Assembly (NCBI GenBank): GCA_947084985.1
Contig: CAMTUI010000023.1
Location: forward strand, 25,724-89,723
Origin: Methanobacteriota archaeon
GTDB taxonomy: Archaea; Thermoplasmatota; Thermoplasmata; RBG-16-68-12
Reading direction: 5' to 3'
Length of the DNA: 64,000 bases
Positions 1-9,387 of this stretch are shown here, in pieces; the first letter of the stretch is position 1; each line of letters starts with the position of its first letter. Made by a program: the position numbers and the translations under genes. The notes beneath the pieces are model-generated. The model was not told the DNA's origin. It worked only from the letters and a program-made list of their open reading frames with translations, and did not search any database.

Positions 1-1
1 C

Positions 2-520
2 GTGCAGATCGACATCGTCCGGAGACGCGCGATCTCCCTCTCCCTTGACACGGGGACCGGGGTCTACGACGGACGCTTCCTGAACTACACGGTCACGATC
101 CGGAACTCCGGGAACGCTCGGGAGACGGTCTACGTCGAGATCACGAATCCGGACGACCTCGCGGCCGCGGGATGGGTCGTTCGACTCGGGAAGCTAGGCG
201 AGGCCGCGACCCTGATCCGCCTCCCGGACATCGCGGTCGAGCCGAACGCGACGGCCCAGGTGCGCCTCCAGGCCCGGACGACGGGCGGCGCGGGCGGCGC
301 GTCCGTCGTATTGGAGACGACAGCCCAGGACGCGCAGGGCGTCACGGCGAACACCGTGTTCACGTTGCGACTGCCGCAACTTGAATCGCCCGGCGGGATC
401 GGCGTCACAGGTCCGAACATCTTTGAGCAGCCGACGCTGAACCAGCCGCTCCTCGCGGTGGTGGTCGGAGCGGCCGTGGCTGTCGCCGTCGGCCTCGCCC
501 TGACCCGGAGGAGGCGCTGA
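2..520 (+). CDS. Cell-surface protein, C-terminal fragment (5' truncated by window edge); C-terminal TM anchor plus basic tail
   Basis: ORF runs to window start. Ends with hydrophobic helix LLAVVVGAAVAVAVGLAL followed by RRRR. Upstream region is beta-rich, CARDB-like (NYTVTIRNSGNARETVYVEITN). Confidence 0.5.
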   Translation: MQIDIVRRRAISLSLDTGTGVYDGRFLNYTVTIRNSGNARETVYVEITNPDDLAAAGWVVRLGKLGEAATLIRLPDIAVEPNATAQVRLQARTTGGAGGASVVLETTAQDAQGVTANTVFTLRLPQLESPGGIGVTGPNIFEQPTLNQPLLAVVVGAAVAVAVGLALTRRRR

Positions 521-521
521 C

Positions 522-1289
522 ATGGCCCGACTCTTGCCCCTGGTGGCAGTAGCGGTCTTCCTGGCCCTCCTCGTCCCGCTCGCGATCGGATCCGCGGCGG
601 GGCCGCTCTACGCGGAGATCACGGGGCCCGCGGCCCTTGGGCCCGGCCAGTCGGGGTCGTACAACGTCACCTTGCTTGGCGGGCCCGTGGGTGCCGTGAA
701 CTACACGGTCGAGTACTACATCACGGGGACCGACGTCACGGGCGGGCAGCCCCTGCCGACGGCCCCCTCGCGGGCCTCGGGGAACGTGACCCGGATCCGG
801 CTGAACGTCACGGCCCCGCAACGGGAGCAGACGATCACACTCGTCGCGAAGGTCTCCGCGAGCGCAGGGGGGACGACCGAGAACACGACGGTCGAACGAT
901 CGATCGTCGTCGTCACGGCGATCGTCCTGTCCGCCGCGTTCCGCAACGCGGAATCGACCGCCGCGCTGAACGTGACCGTCCGGTTCTATGTGGACGACGC
1001 CCTCGTTGGCACGCAGAAGATCGCGCGTATCGAACCAAACGGGCAGGTCACTGTGACGTTCAACTATCTCCCGGTCGGGTTGCAACCGGGCGGCCATCGC
1101 GTGCGGGTCGAGGCGGACCTCGACGGGAACGGCGTGATCGACCCGGCGAAGGGCGAGGCGTTCGTGTCGGAGATTTTCTATCGCGAGACCGCGCCACTCA
1201 ACACGGGATGGTCTGTGGTGATCGGGATCGCGGTCTTCGTGCCCGTGTTCCTGTTGACGGTCGCCTTGCGACGTCGCGAGCGCGCGTGA
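522..1289 (+). CDS. Secreted/surface protein with CARDB-like repeats, N-terminal signal peptide and C-terminal TM anchor
   Basis: N-terminus MARLLPLVAVAVFLALLVPLAIGSAAG is signal-like. Repeats such as YNVTLLGG..NYTVEYYITG. C-terminal VIGIAVFVPVFLLTVAL plus RRRERA. Confidence 0.55.
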   Translation: MARLLPLVAVAVFLALLVPLAIGSAAGPLYAEITGPAALGPGQSGSYNVTLLGGPVGAVNYTVEYYITGTDVTGGQPLPTAPSRASGNVTRIRLNVTAPQREQTITLVAKVSASAGGTTENTTVERSIVVVTAIVLSAAFRNAESTAALNVTVRFYVDDALVGTQKIARIEPNGQVTVTFNYLPVGLQPGGHRVRVEADLDGNGVIDPAKGEAFVSEIFYRETAPLNTGWSVVIGIAVFVPVFLLTVALRRRERA

Positions 1290-1901
1290 TCAGGCGGACT
1301 CTAGGAGCCATACATCCGCGTGGTTTCGCAGCAGCATGCCGAGCTTCGTTCTCGTGATCCCGCCGCGCTTCAGCAGGCTCTCGAGCTTCGACTCCTCGGG
1401 CATCTGGACCTCGCCGTCGACCCATGCCGAGGCGACGGGCTCGTACCGCACGGGCTCACGGCCGACGCGCACGCGCGCGGCCGCGGCGTCCCGGAACGTG
1501 TGCAGCACGACGTGGACGGAGGTGACCGCCGCGGGTCGGACCTTGTGGTTGTAGTATGCTGCGACCTCCCGGTGGACCGGGGCGAAGGCGCCGACACGTT
1601 TCGCGTACTCCCGCCAGCCTCGTTCGAACGGGGACCGTGGGGTGGACATGCAATGCTCCGTCACCGGGCGAACCTCCTCGAACGTTGCGAGGATCGAATG
1701 CCCCTCCCGCAAGGCCTCGAGGAACTCATCCCACGTGGCGTACTCCTCGCGGGGCATCGCGTTCGCGAGGTTCTTCGCGAGGGACACGAGGTAGTTGTTC
1801 AGCCCGGAGACGCCCACCTTCGTCGCGATGTCCTCGAGGAAGAGGTGCGTCGCAATCTCGACGAACGGGTTGCTCTCGGGGATCCGCGTCTCCGCCGCCA
1901 T
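1290..1901 (-). CDS. Hypothetical protein, ~204 aa, paralog of the upstream gene (unknown function; possible V4R- or MEDS-like small-molecule-binding fold, unverified)
   Basis: Starts MAAETRIPESNPFVEIATHLFLEDIATKVGVSG..NLANAMPREEY. ATG at 1901-1899 overlaps the stop of the upstream gene (ATGA). The long six-frame ORF 1290..2390 continues out of frame through the neighbour. Confidence 0.6.
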   Translation of the reverse strand: MAAETRIPESNPFVEIATHLFLEDIATKVGVSGLNNYLVSLAKNLANAMPREEYATWDEFLEALREGHSILATFEEVRPVTEHCMSTPRSPFERGWREYAKRVGAFAPVHREVAAYYNHKVRPAAVTSVHVVLHTFRDAAAARVRVGREPVRYEPVASAWVDGEVQMPEESKLESLLKRGGITRTKLGMLLRNHADVWLLESA

Positions 1902-2521
1902 CAGCGCTCTCCCTTGATCCGAGCGCCGCGCATCACGAGGGCGTACACGCATTCGTAGTTCCGCAGGAGCGCCCGCATGTGCTCCTCGTTGATGTTGACC
2001 TGCGCGACGTTCTTGGAGGAGATCTTCGCCTCGCCGCTCCAACCCCGGGTCGCGAGGAGGAAGCAGACGAGCGAGTTGCCGGAGACCGTGATGTTCTTCG
2101 CGATCTCCTCCCGGAACCTCTCGTGGAAGACGCAGAAGTTGCAGACGGCGATGTTGTGGACGTTCTTGTTGTACTCGTCCGTCACGATCTTGTCCGCAGG
2201 ACTCATCCGGCCGACCGCGAAGCGCGTGCGGAAGATCGTGGGCACGTAGCAGCACTGCCGCATCGCGTACAGGTAGCCGACGACGTCTCCGTCGACGTCC
2301 GTGATCGCCATGTCCGTGAGCGGCGTGACCTCCCCCTCGATGCTGAACGCGGTTCGGCTCTCCCGCACGGCGACGTTGAAGGACGTCCAACCGAGGTAGG
2401 CCTCCTTGCCCATCCGGCTCGCGAGGTTGTCCCCGACCCGTTGCCAGAACTCCACGACCCCGTCGGGCCCGGCCTTCTCGATCATGTCCTCGATCAGGGA
2501 GGCGAGGGCGACGTCGATCAT
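1901..2521 (-). CDS. Hypothetical protein, ~206 aa, paralog of the downstream gene; Cys-containing C-terminal half
   Basis: MIDVALASLIEDMIEKAGPDGVVEFWQRVGDNLASRMGKEAY aligns with the N-terminus of the 1290..1901 product. Cys motifs RQCCYVP and VCNFCVFHE. Confidence 0.6.
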   Translation of the reverse strand: MIDVALASLIEDMIEKAGPDGVVEFWQRVGDNLASRMGKEAYLGWTSFNVAVRESRTAFSIEGEVTPLTDMAITDVDGDVVGYLYAMRQCCYVPTIFRTRFAVGRMSPADKIVTDEYNKNVHNIAVCNFCVFHERFREEIAKNITVSGNSLVCFLLATRGWSGEAKISSKNVAQVNINEEHMRALLRNYECVYALVMRGARIKGER

Positions 2522-2546
2522 GTGAGGGGACCTCGGGCCATGGGCA

Positions 2547-3335
2547 TCACACGAACGACGTGAGGACGGTTTTCATGTGCGTCCGCCATTCTCGGTCCGC
2601 CTTCTCGGCGACCGCGTCGCCTTCCAGGACGCGCAGCTTCTCGATGCAGAGGGAGACGAACCGATCCCAGTGAGCGGCCGTCATGTAGGGCGCCTTCGTC
2701 CCGACCTCGTTGTACGCCATCGTGACGATCTCTTCGACCTGCCCGGGCCCGAGGAGGGCGGAGAGCTTCGACACGATGTACCCTGCGATCTCCTTGTTCT
2801 TCCGGAACTCCTTCGTCTCCCCGAACTTCTCGACGAACAGGATACGGGTGAGCCGCTTCAGTTCGCCCGCGACGGCCTCGTCATAGGAGGCGAGGACCTC
2901 CGGTGTGATGGGTTTCGATTCGAACAGGTGCCGCACGACGATCGACGTCTTCACGACATTCGACAGGACGCCTTGCATCTTCGTGATCTCGACGGGCTTC
3001 GTCGTCAGGAAGACGAGGAACGCGCGGTCCCCGACGCCGGAGATGACCATCGTGCCCGCCTCGAACTGCTGGACGGACATCATCATGTTCTGCCCGCTCA
3101 GCTGGTTGCAGATGTGCGCGAGGTTCCGCTTCATCAGGTTGAGGAGGCGGTATTCGCGGGGATCGAGCTGATTCGGAATCGAGGACGCGAAGATCCGCCC
3201 GTCGACGCCGAGGAACATCGCGATGCCCAGGTCGTTCTCCTCCCGCGCACGGCCGAGCTCCGTCTCGAGGAGATGCTTGAGATGGCCGACCGTGGCGGCC
3301 CCCATCGTCTTGTCGACCTGGCCCGCGTAGGGCAT
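2547..3335 (-). CDS. Roadblock/LC7 (MglB-like) domain protein with ~130-aa C-terminal extension
   Basis: N-terminal half (GIAMFLGVDGRIFASSIPNQ...GDRAFLVFLTTKP) has the roadblock pattern and resembles the stand-alone roadblock at 25970..26335. The start abuts the KaiC-like gene stop at 3336. Confidence 0.55.
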   Translation of the reverse strand: MPYAGQVDKTMGAATVGHLKHLLETELGRAREENDLGIAMFLGVDGRIFASSIPNQLDPREYRLLNLMKRNLAHICNQLSGQNMMMSVQQFEAGTMVISGVGDRAFLVFLTTKPVEITKMQGVLSNVVKTSIVVRHLFESKPITPEVLASYDEAVAGELKRLTRILFVEKFGETKEFRKNKEIAGYIVSKLSALLGPGQVEEIVTMAYNEVGTKAPYMTAAHWDRFVSLCIEKLRVLEGDAVAEKADREWRTHMKTVLTSFV

Positions 3336-4226
3336 CTAGCCGCCCCGCTTCAGTCCGTACGAGTGGAAGATGATCTGGAGGGCTTCTTCCGGGGAGTAGT
3401 CGTAGTCCCAATGCTTCTGCATCCGCCTGATCCGCTCGATGATGCGGGGCGGCGCCTTCATCGCCTCCGCCGTCTTGATCGCTTCCTCGAAGACTTTCGC
3501 GTGGCTGCGCGTCTGTTCCTCCGGCAACGTCGCGGGGCTCGCCCGTACGACGATCCCGACGCCACGGGCGAAGAGGTACGGATACACGCCTTCCCCGTGG
3601 TGGACCGCGCGCATCTTCAGGAGCTTCAGGGTGCGGTTGAACGCCCCGCCGATTGGATAGTACTCCAAGTGGATCGCGCCGTCAGACAGGTAGATCGGCA
3701 GGAGGACATCCTCGCCGATCGTCTCGCCGGGACGGGCGTGCTCTTCGACCGTGCAGAGGACGACGCCGAGTTCCTTGAGCGTGTAGAACAGCTTGCCGAT
3801 CAGCTCGCGCTGCTCGAGCTTCTCCGCGGTGGCCCAGATGACCGGGGTCATCGGATCGATCACCACGCGAGTCGGGATGTTGTAGTCCGCGCGCGCCTTG
3901 ACGAGCTGAGGCAGCTGCTCCTCGATCATCTTCTTGAAGTTGCGGCCCTTGAGATGGATGAAGAAGAGGCTCTTCTCGTAGTACTTGCGCATGTCGAGGC
4001 CCATGAGGTCCGCCTCGCGCATGATCTGCTCCGGCGCCTCCTCAAGGGTCACGTAGAGGGCCTGCTCCCCGTTCTCGATGCCCTCCATGAGGAATTGGAT
4101 CGCGAAGGTCGACTTCCCGGTACCACTCGACCCGAGGATGACCACCGTGGACTTCGGCCAGAAGCCGCCTTCGATCAGGTCGTCGAGTCCAGGGATCCCG
4201 CTCGGCACTCTCTGTATGTCGGCCAT
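3336..4226 (-). CDS. KaiC-like RecA-superfamily ATPase (single domain) with ~60-aa C-terminal extension
   Basis: GIPGLDDLIEGGF motif, Walker A GSSGTGKST, Walker-B-like VVIDPMTPV. KaiC/RadA-like architecture. Confidence 0.8.
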   Translation of the reverse strand: MADIQRVPSGIPGLDDLIEGGFWPKSTVVILGSSGTGKSTFAIQFLMEGIENGEQALYVTLEEAPEQIMREADLMGLDMRKYYEKSLFFIHLKGRNFKKMIEEQLPQLVKARADYNIPTRVVIDPMTPVIWATAEKLEQRELIGKLFYTLKELGVVLCTVEEHARPGETIGEDVLLPIYLSDGAIHLEYYPIGGAFNRTLKLLKMRAVHHGEGVYPYLFARGVGIVVRASPATLPEEQTRSHAKVFEEAIKTAEAMKAPPRIIERIRRMQKHWDYDYSPEEALQIIFHSYGLKRGG

Positions 4227-4355
4227 GGTCGTGCGCCCCTTCCCGAGGCCTGCATCACATGGACGGCGAGGCCTCGCTCTGGGTGGATTACGCGATTCGA
4301 TGCCTGCGGCTTTTTAAGTGAGTTCCGACCTGGGAATCTACCCTGATAACGACCC

Positions 4356-4973
4356 TCAGAGTTTCTCGCGGACCGCGTCGAGCTTGTCCGCGAGTTCCTG
4401 GCTGCGGGCGGCGACGGCGACCTCGCCGCGCGTCTTCTCGATCAGGCTCCGCGCGACGTCCTGCTTCCGCTTCAAGGCCACGAGCGCGGTCGGGTAATCG
4501 AACCGCATGAGTGCGTCGAGGATCCGCTCCATCTTCTCGAGGAACGCGGAGGCCGGGTGGATCTCCCCGCGCCGAAGGTGCTCGAGCGCAAGGCGTCGCA
4601 GCTCGCCGACGACGTCCCCGAGGCCCAGGAGGTACGCGGTGTCCGTGACGCCGAGTTCCTTCGGGCTGGGGAGTGGTTCCGCCTCGATGATCGCGTGGAC
4701 GAGGAAGGCCTCGCACGCCTCCTGCATCGCGTTCTCGACAATCCCTGCGTGGAACAGGTCCGGATGGTCTTCGAGGAGGCTCTTCAGCTTCAGGACCTCC
4801 TCGCGGGTCTCGTGCAACTGCGTGCTGACATCTGCGCCGCGATGGAGCGCTTGAATCACGCTGCCGCTCAGGCGCGCGATCGTCCGGGACGACTTGATCG
4901 TGAGTTCGCGGACCTCGTCCTTCTCGTCGAGGCGGGACTCGATCTCGCCGATCACGTCGTCCAGGTTCTTCAC
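4356..4973 (-). CDS. Translin-family protein (start uncertain, putative GTG)
   Basis: All-helical ~205 aa. The DTAYLLGLGDVVGELRR motif resembles the translin/TRAX Y-L-L-G-x-A-D-L-T-G-E-L-x-R signature. The N-terminal 70 aa of the six-frame ORF are Arg/Pro-rich and likely not translated. Confidence 0.5.
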   Translation of the reverse strand: MKNLDDVIGEIESRLDEKDEVRELTIKSSRTIARLSGSVIQALHRGADVSTQLHETREEVLKLKSLLEDHPDLFHAGIVENAMQEACEAFLVHAIIEAEPLPSPKELGVTDTAYLLGLGDVVGELRRLALEHLRRGEIHPASAFLEKMERILDALMRFDYPTALVALKRKQDVARSLIEKTRGEVAVAARSQELADKLDAVREKL

Positions 4974-5049
4974 GTCGCGCGGATGGACGACCGTGTTATT
5001 TGAGGGTTGGCCCGCAGGCCACGCAGACCGATGTACATCGAGCGATGCG

Positions 5050-6375
5050 TCAGCGACCCGCTCGAATGGCCCGCATCCGCTCGACCTTCGCCTGGACGGA
5101 CACCGGCTTGCCGATGTCCCGTCGCGCGTAGTAGCTCCCGGACACGAAGGCGAGCGCCTCCTCGGACAAGGACTCCGCGTCGCCGAGATTCGCCGCAACG
5201 CCGACGACTGCGAGGGCCCGGGACGTCGTCGTGTAGAGGTGGCCGGCCTTCTCGTCGACGCTCGCGTAGTAGAGCTTCGCCCCCGCTCGGCGGATACTCT
5301 CCTCGTCCACCTTGATCAGCTCGCCGGCCTTTGGATGCGTGCCGTATCCTGCGGGCACGATGTACTTGCAGACGGTGGCCATGCGCGCGAACCGTGCGCT
5401 CCCGGGCAACCGTCCTTCCGAGAGCCGGACACAGATGTCCAGGAAATCGTCTTCGAGGATCGGGAGGACGTTCATCGATTCCGGGTCCGCGAAGCGCACG
5501 TTGTACTCGAGGAGCTTTGGCCCGTCTTTGGTCGCCATGAAGCCGCCGTAGAGGATGCCTTTGAACGGCGTGCCGCGCGCCGCCATCGCCTCGACGGTCT
5601 TCGTCATCGTCTCGAGCGCGCGGCCGTGGTCCTCCGCCGTCACGAAGGGTAGCCGTCCGTCCGCGTCGCTGTACGACCCCATGCCGCCCGTGTTCGGTCC
5701 CTTGTCCCCCTCGTACGCGCGCTTGTGGTCCTGCGCGAGCGGCATGGGCACGAGCCGCGTCCCGTCACAGAAGGCCTGCAGCGAGAACTCCTCGCCGACG
5801 AGCTTCTCCTCGACGAGGAAGCGGGCGATGCCGCCGATGTTCTTCTCGAGGATTTCGCGGCCATACGCGAGGGCTTGCGGTTTCGACGCGAAGTGGTCGC
5901 CCCAGACCTTCACCCCCTTCCCGGCGGTCAGGCCGAGCGGCTTGATCACGAACTCGAAATCGGAATCGTTCACGAATTCCTCGAAGGCGCCGAGGTGGTC
6001 GAAGGCCCAGTATTGCGGCAGCCCGGGAATCCCGTGGTCCCGCATGAGCTCCCGGGTGAACTCCTTGTTTGTCTCGAGCTGGGCGGCGTCGCGGTTCGGG
6101 CCGACGCAGGGGATGCCTGCGGCCTCCAGCCCGTCGACGATGCCTGCGGCGAGCGGGGCCTCGGGACCGATGACCGCGAGCTCGACGCCGCGGGCCTTCG
6201 CCCACTCCGCGATGCGTTCGACGGAGGACACGTCGCCCAGGAGGACGTCTTGCGCGGCGCGGCGGATTCCGGGGTTCTGGTTCGCCATCGCCGCGTACAA
6301 CTCGGCGCGACTGCGCCGGAGCGCCTCGACGATCGCGTGCTCGCGTCCTCCTCCTCCCACGACGAGGACCCGCAT
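5050..6375 (-). CDS. purD: Phosphoribosylamine--glycine ligase
   Basis: MRVLVVGGGGREHA N-terminus, ATP-grasp core, and C-terminal LYTTTSRALAVVGVA motif. The real start at 6375 is internal to the longer six-frame ORF. Confidence 0.9.
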   Translation of the reverse strand: MRVLVVGGGGREHAIVEALRRSRAELYAAMANQNPGIRRAAQDVLLGDVSSVERIAEWAKARGVELAVIGPEAPLAAGIVDGLEAAGIPCVGPNRDAAQLETNKEFTRELMRDHGIPGLPQYWAFDHLGAFEEFVNDSDFEFVIKPLGLTAGKGVKVWGDHFASKPQALAYGREILEKNIGGIARFLVEEKLVGEEFSLQAFCDGTRLVPMPLAQDHKRAYEGDKGPNTGGMGSYSDADGRLPFVTAEDHGRALETMTKTVEAMAARGTPFKGILYGGFMATKDGPKLLEYNVRFADPESMNVLPILEDDFLDICVRLSEGRLPGSARFARMATVCKYIVPAGYGTHPKAGELIKVDEESIRRAGAKLYYASVDEKAGHLYTTTSRALAVVGVAANLGDAESLSEEALAFVSGSYYARRDIGKPVSVQAKVERMRAIRAGR

Positions 6376-6545
6376 GGACCGCCCCGCGGTCGCAATCACG
6401 ACGTGCGTTAAAGTGATTTGCTCGCGTGGACGAGCGCACCGACGCTTGTTTCCGGTCTCGTGGAATGACGCCTCTGCAGCCGCAATACGGAGGAGGGCCG
6501 CCGGCACGGCGGCCCTGACCTCCGCCGGACTCTTCCCTTCTGCGA

Positions 6546-7430
6546 CTAAAGAGCGCCCGACGCCTCGGCCGCATGCACCGTATTGGAGAGGAGCATCGCG
6601 ATCGTCATCGGGCCCACGCCGCCTGGGACCGGCGTGATGGCCCGAGCGACCTCACTCACCTCGGAGAACTTCACGTCTCCCGCGGTCCGGAAGCCCTGCG
6701 TCTTCGATGGGTCCGGGACGCGGTTGATCCCGACGTCGATCACGACCGCCCCGGGCCTCACCATGCTGGCGGTGACGAACTCCGGCTGGCCCATCGCGGC
6801 CACGAGGATGTCGCCCGTCCTGGCGACGGCGGGCAGATCGCGCGTCGCGGAATGGCACACGGTCACGGTCGCGTTTGCGCCCTTCGCCTTCTGCATCAGG
6901 AGGGCCGCGAGCGGCTTCCCGACGATGTTGCTCCGGCCGAGGATCACGACGTGCTTCCCGCCCGGGTCGTTCCCGCTCCGCACGAGGAGCTCGACCACGC
7001 CTGCGGGCGTCGCGGGCGCAAAGCGTGGCCTGCCAATCAGCACGAGCCCGACGTTCTCGGGATGGAAACAGTCCACGTCCTTCGACGGCGTCACGGCGGA
7101 GATCGCGGTCGCGACGCGGATCTGAGATGGCAGCGGCTGCTGGACCAGGATACCATGGACCTTCGGATCGCGGTTGAGCCGATCCAGTTCCTCGAGGAGC
7201 CGCGATTCGGACACGTCGGCGGGGAGCTCGACCGTCCAATGGGCCATGCCCATCTCCTCGCATGCCTTCCCCTTCATCTTCACGTACAGCCGCGAGGCCG
7301 GGTTGTCCCCCGCGAGGATCGCCGCGAGGCCCGGCACGACGCCGCGCGCCGCGAGCGCCGCAAGCCGGGGCTTGAGCTCCGACCGGATGTCGTCGGCAAT
7401 CTTCTTGCCGTCGATCACCTCGGCGACCAA
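6546..7430 (-). CDS. folD: Bifunctional methylenetetrahydrofolate dehydrogenase/cyclohydrolase
   Basis: GILVQQPLP, HVVILGRSNIVGKP and TVCHS motifs typical of FolD. Confidence 0.9.
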   Translation of the reverse strand: MVAEVIDGKKIADDIRSELKPRLAALAARGVVPGLAAILAGDNPASRLYVKMKGKACEEMGMAHWTVELPADVSESRLLEELDRLNRDPKVHGILVQQPLPSQIRVATAISAVTPSKDVDCFHPENVGLVLIGRPRFAPATPAGVVELLVRSGNDPGGKHVVILGRSNIVGKPLAALLMQKAKGANATVTVCHSATRDLPAVARTGDILVAAMGQPEFVTASMVRPGAVVIDVGINRVPDPSKTQGFRTAGDVKFSEVSEVARAITPVPGGVGPMTIAMLLSNTVHAAEASGAL

Positions 7431-7608
7431 CGCAGCACCCGCGGCGGGTAATGGTCCGCCACGTATAGCCTTTGACGGAGCGTGTCGGACGCGTCCGACA
7501 AGGCCATACGGCGTGCGACCGGAACGGGCCGTTTCGCGTCAGACAGCCCGCGCGCCATTCTCAGAAACAAAAACACTTAAGACGGGTCACGAGCTTAGCC
7601 CCTTCGGG

Positions 7609-8136
7609 ATGCACTCAAACGATTGGTCTCGCCTGCTTACCGAACGGCAGCGGGAGGTCCTGTCGATCGTTGTGGAGAACAAGGTCTACCGGAACCGGGA
7701 TTCGAAGATCTCGGAGCTCGCGGCCCAGATGGGGATCGCGCCCGCCGCGGTCGCAAAGCACCTACTCGAGATTGAGAAGACGGCGTTGCTGAACGTCGTC
7801 GTGACGCCGTCCGAACAGGGGAAGCGCGCGTACGAGCGGATGTCCCTCGAGCCGCGACCCACGCGCAAGCAGACGTCTGAGGTCCTCGAACGGGAGAAGC
7901 TCGGAATCCTCGAGTTCTTGCGGCACCACCCGGACGCGAGCGCGACGGAGATCGCGGAAGAACTCGACCTGTCGGAATACACAACGGTGAACAGCCTGCG
8001 TGTGCTGACCGCCGTGCAACTCGTCACGAAGCAGCGGGGTCCCGCGATGCGGCGAGGCGTGCCTCCATACGTGTATCGACCGACACCCCACGGCCGGGAC
8101 CTCCTCGACCGGTTCCTCATCGTCCCGAAGGCATAA
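7609..8136 (+). CDS. Winged-helix transcriptional regulator (two wHTH modules)
   Basis: ISELAAQMGIAPAAVAKHL and ATEIAEELDLSEYTTVNSL HTH-like segments. ATG at 7609 lies inside a longer spurious ORF. Confidence 0.6.
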   Translation: MHSNDWSRLLTERQREVLSIVVENKVYRNRDSKISELAAQMGIAPAAVAKHLLEIEKTALLNVVVTPSEQGKRAYERMSLEPRPTRKQTSEVLEREKLGILEFLRHHPDASATEIAEELDLSEYTTVNSLRVLTAVQLVTKQRGPAMRRGVPPYVYRPTPHGRDLLDRFLIVPKA

Positions 8137-8171
8137 GGCCGAAATAGGGAGGGACCCCTCTCCCGCACGGA

Positions 8172-9323
8172 TTGTTCGACGCCGCCATTGTCGGGGCAGG
8201 GCCCGCGGGGGGAATGGCCGCGCGTCAGCTTTCGGCCTCGGGCTTCCGCACGATCATCGTGGACAAGAAGAAGGTCATCGGCGAGCCCGTGCAGTGCGCG
8301 GAAGGCGTGAGCGAGTTCGGCCTCGCGTCGAACGGTCTCCGGGCGGACGATGAGTGGGCCGTCCAGCGCGTGGCGGGCGCGAAGTGCATCGTACCGGACG
8401 GACACTGGTTCTATATCACACGTCTCCCGGGGTACGCGATCGACCGTCCGGCGTTCGATCGATGGATCGTGCAGGCCGCCGTGGACGACGGCGCCGTGCT
8501 CCGCACGTCAACTCGAATCACCGGAATCTCTCGACATGAATCCGGATGGCGGCTTCATGCGAACGGGGATTCCATCGACGCTCGCGTCGTCGTGGCGGCG
8601 GACGGTCCGCCGAGCCTCCTCGCGCGCCAGGTGGGCCTCGTACGGAGCCTCGAGCGAATCGTCGCGTACGAATACCGATTCCGGACCTCGGATGTGCCCG
8701 ATCTCGATCGGGATTTCTTCCGGCTCTACATCAGCGAATCGTACGACGGCGGATACGCGTGGATCTTCCCAAAGGGCGATGCCGTGAATGTGGGCGTGGG
8801 AGGTCACATCGATGCCCACGCGGCGACGGCGGCCTTCTGCCGCCTGAAAGGTATCGACATGGACCGGCGGATGCAGGTCATCGCCGGCTCCATCCCATAC
8901 CGCTACGATCTCTCAGCCTTCGCAATCCCCGGGTTCGCGGTCGCCGGCGACGCGGCCGGCATCACGAACCCGATGAACGGCGCCGGAATCCATCCGGGAG
9001 TCTTCAGCGGGCGTCTCGCCGGCGAGTTCGCCGCGGTCGCGTTGGGTTCCGACGACCTGACGTCGATGGTGGGATACGACCGGGCCATCCGGAATTCCCC
9101 GTTCCTCAATCCGCTCCTGGGGTGGATGATCGGACGCGTGCGCCGCTGGACGAATCGCTTCATGAACGAGGTCGGCGCAGAGCTCCACGAACGCGAATGG
9201 CGAGCCGTGGACGTGCGGATGGCCTTGTCCGTCCTGGGCCGTAAGCCGTGGTTCGCCCTGCACGCACGAGAATTGTATCGGATGATTCGCGCGCTCGAGC
9301 TGTGCGATCGCTACGGATGGTAA
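8172..9323 (+). CDS. Geranylgeranyl reductase family FAD-dependent oxidoreductase (TTG start)
   Basis: FDAAIVGAGPAGG dinucleotide-binding motif. Overall GGR/flavin reductase-like. Confidence 0.8.
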   Translation: MFDAAIVGAGPAGGMAARQLSASGFRTIIVDKKKVIGEPVQCAEGVSEFGLASNGLRADDEWAVQRVAGAKCIVPDGHWFYITRLPGYAIDRPAFDRWIVQAAVDDGAVLRTSTRITGISRHESGWRLHANGDSIDARVVVAADGPPSLLARQVGLVRSLERIVAYEYRFRTSDVPDLDRDFFRLYISESYDGGYAWIFPKGDAVNVGVGGHIDAHAATAAFCRLKGIDMDRRMQVIAGSIPYRYDLSAFAIPGFAVAGDAAGITNPMNGAGIHPGVFSGRLAGEFAAVALGSDDLTSMVGYDRAIRNSPFLNPLLGWMIGRVRRWTNRFMNEVGAELHEREWRAVDVRMALSVLGRKPWFALHARELYRMIRALELCDRYGW

Positions 9324-9387
9324 GCGAAAAATATCTTTCGCGCGCGGACCGAAGGCTACATACGATTCCCCGGCATCCCCCGCCGCA

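Noticed and set aside
2577-4346. 589-aa plus-strand ORF
   Set aside because: Antisense to the KaiC-like and roadblock genes. Low-complexity Arg/Asp/Leu-rich translation.
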